The notes under the pieces were generated by a model, which was not told the origin of the DNA, did not search any database, and was given only the letters and a program-made list of their open reading frames with translations. From Massalongia carnosa (taxonomy: Eukaryota): a DNA stretch of 64,000 bases. Location of the stretch: the NCBI GenBank assembly GCA_965645245.1, contig OZ287071.1:2604001-2668000 (forward strand). Reading direction: 5' to 3'. This document shows positions 1 through 12,275 of this stretch, in pieces (position 1 is the stretch's first letter; every line of letters starts with the position of its first letter). The position numbers and the translations under genes are program-made.

Positions 1-247
1 GAGTATATTCTGTACCAATCAAAGGTTACTAAAAGTCTCGGACATAACAAACCGCGGTCGGGCCGAGCCGCCACCCCCGCATGTTTAAACCTACAGGATC
101 GTTACCCACCTCCATCAGCTTTAATATAAATGAACTTATCATCCTTTGAGAGCTGATACTTAGAAGTTTCCAACCGCTACAGTGTAATCTCCCTGATAAA
201 TATTTTCTTATTCTGCATAACCACCATTTCATAAGTCTATCCTCAAA

Positions 248-1647
248 ATGCTTTCTTTGTCGTCCTTCTCAGTTCCATTTAATATTACTCGTCTCTTCAG
301 GAAGAACACCGCACCACTCAATGTTTTAAAATCCGTCGAGATCCATGACATTGAGACTCGGCCGGAGAAGAGGGCTCGAACACTGAAGCATCTGCTCAAA
401 CTTAATCATGCCAATCATGCCATCCTCTTCCATAAGCTGCAGTTTCACAATCATATGCCCCACGTATGTAGTTTCTTATTTCCTACGGCTTTGCTTCGCT
501 TATTTTGAGTGTAGCTGTTAGGGTCTGCGTACCTGATCGGTGCAAACTCGGAGCACCTTGAGCATATCTATGACGAGGAATCTAAAATACTTGATCCTTG
601 GAAAGATTCACCAGGGGAGATTTCGCGTCATGATTGGCGAGATTACCTTGGAGATCCTCGGTGAACTCAACTTGTCGGTCGTTTCCCACAACAAATGGCG
701 CTGATATTTGTTAGATATGAACGGGCTTACGTCGATTTTTATGAGGATGAATTGGTGCTCAATGGTTATGACTGGCGCAAAGTAGTGGAGGAGTACCTAT
801 TCACAGGCGAGAAACCAATTGGGAATTCTCTGATTTCCGGACGTCCGTCACCAAACCCGTCAAGAACGAAGTGTCCCTGCTAATGCTTTCTATAGTTGGT
901 CATCCTTTGATCCATCTTGCTTACGCCTATGAACTATCTAGCCGCGAAATAGCCATGGAAGCTCTTTCTCTTGCCTCAATTAGTTACAATTTCCTTCACA
1001 AATACATTGATGAACTTACCGAAACCGCATCATCGACGTATAGTACAACTTCGCCGTTAGAAATTCTTCAACGTGTCCGGAAAGACAAGCGCTTAGATGG
1101 TTTGTTTGACGAGCGGGGACCTGCAAATATCAAAACGCTCCTCGAAAAGCGAGAGGATGTGTTTCTCGAACATTTCAACGCGTGGGATTTCTCAAACCCC
1201 CAGAAGCAGTTTGAAGACAGCCAACACGCCGCAGTAGCAGTGTTAGTGGCCACGTATGAAGCGGAGAGCAAAACCTACGACTTTTTCCTCATGCATCTTC
1301 TGTCCACGAGTCATGCCGTCCGAATCCTTCTTCCTTTGATACCTGTTAACTTCCAAACTACACTTGTCAAGGAATGGTGGTTGTTCACATTAGCGGTATA
1401 TATTGCCCAGTTACGCCCAGAAATAGACTTGAAGTACATAACAAAATATGATTTGAAGAACAAGGATTGGGGATGGATAAAAAAACAGGCAATTGAAAGG
1501 AAATGGGCTACCGATGCTCACTACGTCAAAGCACTACGGGCCATGGAGGAGGCAGCCAGGACGTGGGGTGATGAGACGAAGTTCTACTTGAAAGCAGCTG
1601 CAAGATTTGCAGACGAGTTTCATGGTTGGGGTGGTTCTGAGTCGTAA
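248..1647 (+). CDS. DUF4243 / questin-oxidase-like (AflY/MdpL-type) oxidoreductase, about 4 exons
   Basis: ORFs 248-508, 695-883 and 871-1647 join through GT-AG introns (about 464-514, 661-714, 843-895). Family motifs FHNHMPH, HPLIHLAYAYE, DFFLMHLL and DAHYVK are present. Confidence 0.8.
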
Positions 1648-1909
1648 TTTTGGAAGAGTACTCATATTGATTGATTTATCAGCGCATTCAACATTGCGCT
1701 TGAAAGGTAATAATAGTACAAGATGTATTGTTAGTGTAAGAGTGATATAAGCGTCTATTTACGTTTTCTACTTTACAAGCGGGCATGCACAGCACCTGAC
1801 ATATCACCACTAGTTGTCGAAGAAAAGCAGGTTTTCGTCAAACAAGAAATATAATTGTTGAACGAAAACTCTTTGACAGAAAATGCAGCGTGTAGACATA
1901 GATTTAGCT

Positions 1910-2817
1910 TCATTGCGCTTTGGAGGCTATAATCTCTGTGTTAACCTGTTAGCTGTGATCCGAAAGATTGAACATGTCCATCGAGCTTACTCTCGACATC
2001 CGTCACGCTTTGTTGAAGGATTTGCTGCAAGGTCCTGGGATTCTCCAACTCTTTGGTGATTTTGCCAATGATGCTCTCAGCAAGCTCTCGCTGTTGTCGC
2101 TGCTTAACCTGTCCCTCGTATCGTACCCATGAATCAAGCACTTGCTTCGCTTCTGCAGCTATGGCAGTCTTCTGCTCGAGCTCAAAAGCTTGGGCTTCGA
2201 GGCGTGCCGTTTCCTTTGATGGGTGAGCATCCGCAAGGAGACATAATTACTTCTATATCAGTGACATACCTTAGAGACTTCAAATAACTGCTTGGTAACG
2301 TCAATGACACTCCCTAGCTGTTTCACATTGTCGATTCGTTTTTTCACCGCCAAGGTGTGGTCCTCCCTGGCGGCGTTCAAGACGCCCTTGATTTTGTTTA
2401 TCTGCCCTTGTGCCCACTCTGTGTACATGGGTCCCCCATACTTGAAAATAGCCCAGAATACGCTGAAGGTTGCAAGCATCACAACTGATTCATCATTGAC
2501 CACGTAGATTTCATTGCTGATGGCGAAGATTGACAAGCCAGCTCCGGAGGATAGTATGGCAGTCTTAGAGATTAGGGAGTTACCAGGTAGTGCATCAATG
2601 ATCGATTGAGCTCTTTTGGCCGGCTCTTCTGCAGGGACATTGGATGCACATCGAGTCGATGTAAGTGAAGTAACGAGGGCAGGTACCGTACGGGTTAGTT
2701 GCAAGGGTCGAAGCCGGGCAACCCCTTTGATGAGATCAGCAAGTCCGGCAGCATTGATATCTTCTTGTCACAATCTCAATACTCACCCAAAGCGCTTTGT
2801 GCCAATCGAGAGGCCAT
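1910..2817 (-). CDS. ATP4: Mitochondrial ATP synthase subunit 4 (b), 4 exons
   Basis: Exon 1 MASRLAQSALG starts at 2817. Contains AQSIIDALPGNSLISKT, SNEIYVVNDES, LDSWVRYEGQVKQRQQ; last exon KIIASKAQ* ends at 1910. Confidence 0.95.
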
Positions 2818-3127
2818 GGTATGATACAAGCAGCCTGAAAGTGCAGCGAAGAGGCGAAGTACGATTGTATGGTATGGGTTGAGGCGCATTTTAGCTTGGA
2901 TTTATACTGAAGTACGCTAGTTACTTTGAGTTAGCGTGGCATTTTTCAATCAGATATCCGTCTAGGAATTTTCTTAGAGATCTAGGCATCGATGAAGTTA
3001 ACGTTCGTGGCGTTTAATATGTTTTTGTAGTTTTTTTGAATAACATCTGTTTGGTGTTCAAGCATCGGATTTAAAAAAGCCCGATTAATTATTCAAAGGT
3101 TTTTTAGCCATTCCCAAGGTGCACAGC

Positions 3128-4851
3128 ATGCCTGGATTGGTAAAAGGCGAAAAAACCAGCAGAAAGAGGAAATGGATCGATGCAAACACGCCAGAATTAG
3201 CCGCTTCGATGTCCAGCAGCCATGATGAGATACTGCAGCTAGAAAATAACATTTTAGAGTCTCGTCGGAATTTTAATAGCATCGCTACTCTGCTGGGGTA
3301 TATTGGGAAGCCCGGTGTGCAAGATGAACAGAAGAGCATGTTTGCCGTAGTTGTGCTTTGTCGAGTTTTCTGCCGGCTTATGGCTTCGGGGAAAATGTCG
3401 AAGTCTCGAGATAACTCAACAAACGAATCTCTAATCATATTATGGTTAACAGAACGCCTTCAGGAATATAGGAAGGCCTTGCTCTCTATGCTGGCTTCAC
3501 CAGGCTCTGATGAATCATTAACTGCTTTAGACCTCCTCATGCGCTTGATTAAAGAGGAAGCCATGCATTTAAAGGCTGATGGGGAGGACATTTGGGGCGA
3601 TGGTGCTTTCTCAAAGATTCTAAAACTCATAATAGATCCAAGGAGCATCGATGATCTCAGGCAGGTTTTTATCGACAAGTATTTGCAGAAGTACGATGAT
3701 ATTCGTTACTGTACTTTTGCTCTACTTAAGTAAGTGACATTTTGTGCTTATGAGGGTGAAAGACAAACTAACGGCCTTGAAAGAGAATTTATATCTGATA
3801 ATGTGTCACCAATATCGATAGAGATAGTCATTTCGATATTGGCTGCACCCGAAAGGGTGCCGAAAGTTCGTGAGGATATTAACGACTTCTTTGCTAAACC
3901 CCCTATCAAGATCAAGCACAAGCTTTACTCGGCGGTTGCTCATAAGAGGCTTGCACAGGAGTCATGGATGGCAGTGCTTGGACGTGATATGAACCTACCA
4001 CAGCGAAAGACCGCTCTTGAGCTTATGTCCCGACGAATCGCTCCTTGGTTTTTAAACGTCGAGCTGCTCCTGGATTTCCTTACCGATTCTTTTAATTTTG
4101 GCGGTTCAACTTCGCTATTGGCTCTTTCCGGGCTTTTTTACTTGATGCAAGAAAAGAACCTAGATTACCCTCAGTTCTATCAAAAGCTGTACTCTCTGCT
4201 GGATCCCGACATCCTACATTCAAAACACCGGTCACGTTTCTTCCGTCTCCTCGATACTTTCTTATCCTCAACCCATCTCCCAGCAGCTCTCGTGGCCAGT
4301 TTTATCAAAAGACTTTCGAGACTGCTACTCCATGCACCTCCATCCGGCATTATTGTCGCTGTGCCTTGGATCTACAATCTTTTAAAGAACCATCCAACTT
4401 GCACATTCATGATCCACAGAAAGTTGCAGTCAGAGGAAGCTATCCCAAGCTCAAAGAATGGCAACTGGGGAGACCCTTTTCTCATGGAAGAATCAGATCC
4501 GATGGAAACCCATGCACTTGAAAGCAGTTTGTGGGAGGTCCAGATGTTGAATTCGCATTATCATCCGAATGTTGCAACGATTGCTAAAATAATATCCGAG
4601 CAGTTCACCAAACAAGCTTATAACCTTGAAGACTTCTTAGATCATTCTTACGGAAGCGTAAGGCCATTCCATACTTAGAGCTCATGAATAAGAATTAACC
4701 CGAACTTTAGATGCTTGCCGCGGAACTTGCAAGGGATATCAAGAAAGGTCCGGAAATCGAGTTTGAGATTCCCAAGAAGATTTTTTATGAACATGAAGCA
4801 GAATCAGGGAAGCAGGATAGTCTGCTTGTCCAACTATGGGACTTTTCTTAG
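3128..4851 (+). CDS. NOC4: Nucleolar complex protein 4 (CBF/Mak21 family), 3 exons
   Basis: Motifs LLALSGLFYLMQEKNLDYPQFY, FFRLLDTFLSSTHLPAALVASFIKRLSR and SSLWE..HYHPNV. Introns at about 3730-3784 and 4658-4710. Head-to-head with ATP4. Confidence 0.92.
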
Positions 4852-5264
4852 ATGGGGTTATGTGTATAGGAGGGGAGAGTGGAGCGGGTATCGCCCTTTT
4901 CTACTTCTTAGGTAGGGTTACAGGGGCGGAAGACAGAGGGGAAAGAAGGGGACTAGGATCTAGGAGGTTATAAAGTGGTTGGAAGAGTGTATTCGAGCTG
5001 ACGGACTAACTTGATGTCATCTCAAACCAAACCCAAGAACGATTTATATCTCCAAATCTAGTACCAGAAACAGGGCTGATACAGTACTGCAGACTTTGGT
5101 GCTCGAAGTTAGGCCAACCATTTTGCAAATAGGAACACTCGCTCAGTCTAACATTCTAAAACCAAAAATACCTCGCCTCTCTTTTGAAACTCCCCTCCCC
5201 CCCTAAACCTACTTCACATATCTCAATCCTCCCAATTGACAATTCCATCTCCCTATCTTCCCAG

Positions 5265-5420
5265 CTAGCAGCTCACCTTACCCTCACAGCTCGCGCAATC
5301 CCGCCCAAGGTGGTTGTTGCCATACCTGGTGAGCAGGGTTGGCCATCGAAGAATTGCGCATAGAAGCTGGTTTTGGAAGACGCAGCCGCAGGCGTAGAGA
5401 AAGGCGACTACTGAACACAT
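5265..5420 (-). CDS. Putative 51-aa Cys-rich microprotein (below the ORF-track cutoff)
   Basis: My translation: MCSVVAFLYACGCVFQNQLLCAILRWPTLLTRYGNNHLGRDCASCEGKVSC*. CCAAAA-ATG start context, TATAAAT-like box about 210 bp upstream, GC-balanced island in low-complexity DNA. Confidence 0.5.
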   Translation of the reverse strand: MCSVVAFLYACGCVFQNQLLCAILRWPTLLTRYGNNHLGRDCASCEGKVSC

Positions 5421-7178
5421 TTTTGGATGATAACGATGAGGTGAGGTGAAATGTTGTTGGTGCGTGAATTTTTTAAAGTAGGGTTTAGACTGGGGGTAGA
5501 AAGTAACAGTGGTGGGTGGGTCTGGGGGCTAGGACTTGCCTTTTGCAGTGCGGTGGAGATGGCTGGGAATGGTATCTGTGTGGAGTAGGTGGGTTGATGT
5601 TGACTTGAAAGGGGGAAGAAGGCGGGTATTTATATTTCTGAACTATTTCCGAAAGCTTCCGCGGAAGGGAAATGAAGGGGGAAGATCGGGGGGGGGGGGG
5701 GGGAATAAAGGCATTGTGTACTTCGAAGAAAACAACAACAAAAAAACCTAGGGCTTTTGAAGAAAGAAACCAAGGCGTTCCGAAGAGAACAAAAATAAAT
5801 CAGGGCAAACGGAAGTCAAAAAGACACGGTTCCATCAACCCCCCCCGACTATTACATCGAGATTCGACTAGTAATAGACCCACGACAAAGAAAAAAAAGG
5901 GGGAGGGGGGATTTTTCGAGGATGGACGAGAAGGAAAGAAAGCTAAGCCATGGCTTAGAAGAAAGACTGCACAGAGCAGAAAAATAATTTGGAAGGGGGG
6001 GGGGGGCGGAAATTGGTGGGATGCTTGATGAATGGGGATATTGGTTTTGGTTAACGGGTTGTTGAGAGTGGGAAGGTATGTATGAATGAGGGTGTTTGAT
6101 GTTTTATTTTTCTAAAAAATGGGTGGGGGGTAGCAAGGAAAAGGAAAGGGAGAAAAAGGACTGAGTGTTGGAGAGGACATGGATGAATTGAATTGAATTG
6201 GAAGGTGGGCTCGATAATTATAAAACTCCCAATGCCTTTAATCCCCCCCCAAAAATACCCTTTCATCCTGCTACCAAACATCCGTGATATTGAAATAAAT
6301 AAAATAAAAAACAGTTATCGTCCGGTTATCGTTCCATCACTTCACTAATTCCATGAACTATTTCCATAAGTATTTCCGTCTGTTAAGCTGTTTTGCTTCT
6401 TCTGATCCTTCTCCTCATCGGGGTTAGTGGCAAGATGGGGAGAGAGAGAGGGAGAAAGAGAGGAAGGAAGAGAGGAGGATGATGGTTGGTGGCAAAGAAA
6501 AATCATGAGATACGTAGGCTTCGGGAGGGGGGGGGAAGGTAGTAAGGTGAAGAAATAGATAGACAACTAGGCGGATGGATTCAGGATATAAACTCCGAGA
6601 ATGATAAACATAGGATGAAAGACGAGAGACGAGATATGTAAAGAAATGACAGAAACGGAGAGAGTGAACAAATGCGGAGGAGAAATGGGAGGCCTTGGGA
6701 GAAAGGTGTAGCCGCTTGCGGCCGAAGATTCTAGTTCGATAACGATGTAACTGTCGCCAGCCGGGATCATTTGCCCACCGTTTTCTACCCTGATTAATAG
6801 AGACAAGCAAAAACGTGCTTTAGTAGAGCCAGACGGTGGACATATACGTAAATATATACCCGGGTGGTGTGGAAGCTGCGCCAGTGGCACAATGAAACTC
6901 GAGGCCGAGCTGCAACCAGAAATTTATGCGCCGTCGCCTTTGAGGCTGAGCTCCGCCAAGCTGAAAGAACTTTCAGGCAAGACCCAATACGGCTTTCGAT
7001 CTTTAAAATATAGATGTCTCTTAACGTGATTGCGAAGCGCCTAAGAAGCTATTCGCGAACACTTGAGAGTTAGGTTGGTTATTCCTGAGAATAATTGTTG
7101 CTTGCCCGAGTTGTTGGCCTGAGACTTGCTCTGGCTGTCTAAATACATACATATATCTGTTGCTCTACGGAGACTACA

Positions 7179-9050
7179 ATGACGCTCAAGGATCTGTTGA
7201 GGAAGCGTGAGAAGACTAAGGAGGAACCGGCGAAACCGACGAGTTCTCCTCCACGAGCGCCCCCTGCTCCGGAGTTCACGTTTATTCGCAGCACCACAAA
7301 CACACAAGAACTAATCAGCCCTCCTTCCTTTGGCAGCCAAAAGGCCTCCGAGCCTGCAATCAAGACTTCTTCCGAGTCCAGTCACCATTCTCGCTTTCGG
7401 AGCTCCTCCAACACATCGACAAGTTCCAAAGCGTCGACCAAGGGTGAAAAGCGTTTGTCCAAGCTCCGCCTTCGCTCTCATTCCCACGCGTCCACGGCTA
7501 GCTCTTCAAAGATACCTACAGATCTGCCGGCGATCAGAGATGGTGATAAGGAAGGGGAGGACCAAGAGGCCCAATGGGAAGAACGGGCAACGATTTTGGC
7601 TCAGCAAAACCTGACGTTTAGGCCTACATCTCAAGATGTACGACCCGCAAGCGCTTCGGCAGAGAGGAGGTTAGGAACGTCGGATGGATCTGAAGACCGC
7701 CCAGCGACTTCCCAAAGTATCAGCGATGCGCAAGGCGATGTAGGGATACCTCCAGTACTGCAAGAAGCACCAGAGATTGACGTTGGAGCAGGAAAGCATT
7801 CAGGAAGCAATCAGACTCCATGAATCTGGGGGTATGCCAACGTGTCCGGCTTGCTGCTGCAGCTTCCTGCATGTCTAGGGCTAACGATGTTTGCAATCTC
7901 TCCTAGATCTAGAACGATCGACTGCAATGTTTGGCCGGCTTGCCGATGGCAACGCGATGGCGCAAATCCTTTACGGCCTCGCACTGAGGTTCGTCAGTCT
8001 GCGAACCCCACTCGCGAGATATGGGGAAAGAAGCATGGAGGGGGTACGCTCTCGGTTCGTTTCACCGTTTGCTAACGGTGCCAACGCCTAGGCACGGATG
8101 GGGTATTCCTCAAGATGCTGCACTTGCAGTCACCTACCTGTCGCAGGCAGCCTCCAACTCCGCCGGCGTCGAATCACAAGCCCTGGCGGCCGGGATGAAG
8201 AAAGGTGGGGCGGCCAAAGGAGAGCTCGTGCTGGCCATGTATGAGCTCGCGAATTCTTTCCGGCATGGCTGGGGGGTGGAAAAAGACCCAGTCGCAGCGC
8301 GAAGCTACTACGAGACAGCTGCAAATCTGGGCGATACGGATGCGATGAACGAGGTTGCGCGCTGCTATGCGGAGGGCTTTGGGGGGAAGAAGGATAAGGT
8401 GAGTGGTCTTGATCGCGGTGCCAGCCATAGCGGACGGAGAACATGGGAAGCTTGGGCACGGAGGAGGTTCTTACATCGCAAGAAGTTGTTTGGCTCGAAA
8501 ACCTCAAGGCGCTCCGTGTTCGGGTGTGATTGCGTCGGGCAGCAATGCGCGGGCACAAAAGCTAACCTTTTCTCTCACGAATCGTTTGCGTAGTACACGG
8601 CAGCGAAATATTACCGACTCGCCGAAGAGCACGGGAGTAAAACAATGGGCAATTCTTGGTACGTTCGTTTTTGGGTTCCCGTTTGGTTTCCTGCGCGGAA
8701 GGCTTTTTTGGCGTGCAAAACGTCCGATCAACCTTTTTTCCCATCCAGCCTGTTAGCTCAGCCCCCGGCAATATTTGTTTCTCAATGGCGCGTTTCAGCC
8801 AAGTTCATCATTTGGACGGAGAATGTTGGTCGGTTGGACGATGGCCCTTCCTCCTTCCCCCTTCCTTAGCCTTTGCTATGAAGTGTATTTCTGTTTTAAA
8901 TATTTGTGGAAAGAACGCGTTTGTGGCGGGATCAGCAGCATTCCTGGCCACACTACGTAGGCACTAAAACCAAATCGCCTTTGGACTTACCTGTTATATA
9001 AATACAGGATATGGAAGGACAAATACGAGCCCAAAGATGGGCAAAAATAA
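7179..9050 (+). CDS. Sel1-like repeat protein (Dsf2-like), multi-exon
   Basis: Ser-rich N-terminus, then AQILYGLALRHGWG, LAMYELANSFRHGWGVEKD and YYETAANLGDTDAMNEVARCY. Terminal exons give GNSW|IWKDKYEPKDGQK*. Confidence 0.85.
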
Positions 9051-9564
9051 ATAGCTAGCGGGGACGATGTGGCGGTTTTCCCGGAAACCATCCCATCCAT
9101 CAGGTACATATGTCGCTACGGTCGGTAGTTGCAGGAACCAAACTCAACTCTAGCGACGGGAGTGGATGTGGTTAGGGGTTTTTGGGGGGGATTTTTGGGC
9201 CCCTCCGCTAGAGTTGTCTTACCTATTAGCCTAGCCTAATCTTATCGTGGATGGATACTGGAAACTAGTCTAGGTAGCTAAGTAGGTAGGTAGGTAGTAG
9301 GTATATTTCTTGGAATAGCAACCACGAGCACCAAACCAAGTAGTATGGAATAGTTAGGTAGATCCTCCACATGAGCCAATTAAAACTAGGTATTCAAGGT
9401 GTATTTGAAGAAATCCGCCCACGCGCCTTCGAGAAATGGGGTCACCTCGTAACGAACTAAACCCCCAGTAACGAAAGTCGTGGAGAACGCTCAGCAGGCC
9501 GGAAAATGTTTTTTATTATCGTTTATTTGATTCTGTAGCATGAGAGATGCTTGTATGGCAGCGG

Positions 9565-9610
9565 CAGGCAGGCAGGCAGGAAGGCAGGCAGGCAGGCAGG
9601 CAGGCAGGCA
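9565..9610. repeat. (GCAG)n microsatellite
   Basis: Tandem gcag units directly visible. Confidence 0.9.
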
Positions 9611-10297
9611 CATGCGCCATCGGACTGAAACGGGGCATCGAATCAACGTGCAAGCAAGCGAGCGAGAGAGACAGAGTATACACGAATGGCGAGCCACTCC
9701 ATAATCATCCCTAGAGTATTTGATCGTTCATCCAATCGATATCTCGCTAAAGGGCCCCAATCTGAAGGGGTCCGCAAATATGTTGCGTGCTCGATAGCCA
9801 TGTTCATGGAGGAGTAGATTGGAGGAGAGTCGTGTGTGTGGATATTCTTCTGTCTAGATACATGCTGGGTGGATGCACCCAAATTGAAAACCAAAATACG
9901 CTGCGTCAATGGTCATGATTTCGTTTCAAGAAAGGAAAAAAAAAGCCCCCCATTTACGGCTTCCTGTCTGCTTTCTAGCCTGAAAACAGCTTTACTGATC
10001 GCCATATGGCCTAATTCACCCCCCCAAAAACAAAAACGGAAAAAAAGAAATAATACGTAACCGTGGAAATCGTTAAGCCAAAGAGCAAGTAGCCCCTTAA
10101 ACATCGTGCTGAAGTGATTTTGCATCCTCCCTCGCGGGGTCCTGTGTTCCATTCTTGTAACGTGGCGCGTGCCAAACACTTACGTGGTATAAAGTCGTAA
10201 AAAAGAATTAAACCGTAGAAGATTCGTGGAAAAGGCATGAAATATAACCTATGTATAAGTGATTGTCGTGATATTCCAGAATTACCCCTGAAAGCTC

Positions 10298-12275
10298 CTA
10301 TCTGCCGAGAGGTTCTCCGTTCTCCTGTCGAGTAAATCCGGGATTGCATTCCGTAACCATACGGGCGAAATCCCTCACAACGTTGGCAGGCACCTCATCC
10401 CACATCAGCGAACGCGTGTATATGTCGGCCGCAGAGCCCTCCTTGTTGGAACGCATAGCAGCTAGAGCTTCTGCAATATTTCTACGCTGCGGGTGCAAAG
10501 AGGCGTTGGGTTCGTCAAAGAAATCCCCTGTGGTAATGCCGTTATATTGGCTGGCGGTTAACGAAAAGGCCTGTTCTCGTTGCTGCTCTTCGCTTGGTGT
10601 GATGAGCTGGTGGTGTAGAGAAGCGAGGGGCGAGTGGGATAGGCTGGCAATCTCAGCAGCGCTAAGCGTAGTCTTCATTGAAGTGCGGGAAGCAGCAGGT
10701 TGATCGCGCTCTGAGCGGTTGCTGGTGGATGGTGATTGAAGGGGTTGAAGCCCTGCGTCCCTGTAGATATTTTCTAGCACAGCAGCCGAAGCAACTCGTA
10801 CCTCTTCTGGCATCCGGGGAATGACCGCAGGTGCTGTTTGGGTAGTGTTCGAGGCTACCCACGCACCACATAGGAGAAGCATAAGAAGTAGGCCGGACGT
10901 AGCGGCTTTGTCGTCGTCCTTTACCGGGACCTTCTCCTTCTTTGATAGCACCACAAGGGAAGTTTCTGGCCTCGGTTCTGCCTCCATGTTGAAGTCGTTG
11001 ACCATCGAAAAGTTATCCCAGGGGCTGCTTTCCATTGTTAGATGGTCGAAGTCCGAGAAGTCGGCAGAATATCCAGTGGAGCTGGGTACCGCTGACATTG
11101 AGATGGCCTCGAGCTTCTGAGCCTGGTCGATCAGATAGGCATTCTTTTTTCGTAGTTCCCCTGTCTCGATCGTGTGGCACCGCACCATCTCTTCCTTCTC
11201 CATATTAAGCTCGTCAATGTAGTGTTGCAGCTGCTGATGGGATGCGAGCAAGTTTTCTCGGTCTCGTGCCCAGTCTGCTTCTCGGAGTTTCATCTCTCCC
11301 AACGCTTCTTCCAACTCGTTGATGATGGTACTGGTATGTTTCTTCTCTTCTTCAAGCCTCTCTGTATGCTGTTTCTTTCGCTGTCGCGAATCGAGTCTTG
11401 ATAAATGTCAAAAAATCTGGACGAAGAAAAGTAGAATGAGTAACCAAGGCGACTTACGCTGCCTGCCGGTTCCTGAGTAGCCTCTTCTGCTGCTTCAACT
11501 CCTTGATCTCTTGCTCATCGCTGGTCTGGTTGATGAGATGATCAATCGTCCGCAAGGTTCGCTCTGCAGGTATTTCGAAGCGGGCATTCTTCTTTCGAAT
11601 CCCATCACGCCGTAGAAGAGGGGGGTTTGAATGATAGGTGGGACTTTCGATTCGCGCGTGTTTGGAAATGGATTGTAGTTCGATATGCTCCGACGAGGAG
11701 GTTGACATCCAATCTTGGCCAGAGCGCGGCGAGGTGGATAATGTATTGCTTGGTTGAAAGGTTGATCGCATGGGCAAACCGCCATACGCGTTGGGGTGCG
11801 CCGGGACGACGGCATCGCTGCTGTAAGCATGAGCAGCCTTCACCTCATATTCGGACGGGAAGGCTTCAAAGCCGGGCGTTGGCGTAGAGGAATCTGCATT
11901 TCCATTGCTGTGCCACGCTGTAGAGGGATCCCCATAAGATGAAGTATGAGGAACCTCAGCGCGTACGAACTGGTTGCCTGCTTGATCCATGTAGAGGTGC
12001 GACGAGCTTGGTGGCTGCTGGACTGTAGCCGGATCGTTGCTAAACGCGAATTCCGGCCATGCGTTGTCTCGGGGAGAGAAGGTTGAAGTGGTATCCGCCA
12101 AAGAGCCCTTTCGCTGGATACGACCCCCTGGCGACATTTCTGGAGTGGTGCAGTCGAGTATGTTCTCATCGAGAACGCTGTCGTCGTCGTCGTCGGCAAG
12201 CCTACGTTTGGAGCTTAAAGGTGCTTGCGGGTGTCTAGGAAATTGATTACTGAAGCTGTAGGCGAGCCTAGCCAT
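10298..12275 (-). CDS. bZIP transcription factor with a C-terminal hydrophobic segment, 2 exons
   Basis: Basic region and zipper KQQKRLLRNRQAA|LDSRQRKKQHTERLEEEKK span an intron at about 11397-11457. RRDGIRKKNARFEIPAER lies upstream; hydrophobic GLLLMLLLCGAWVAS lies downstream. Likely start MARLAYSF at 12275. Confidence 0.88.

Noticed and set aside
5536..6890. Cluster of short ORFs
   Set aside because: Low-complexity purine/pyrimidine tracts; translations show no domain features.
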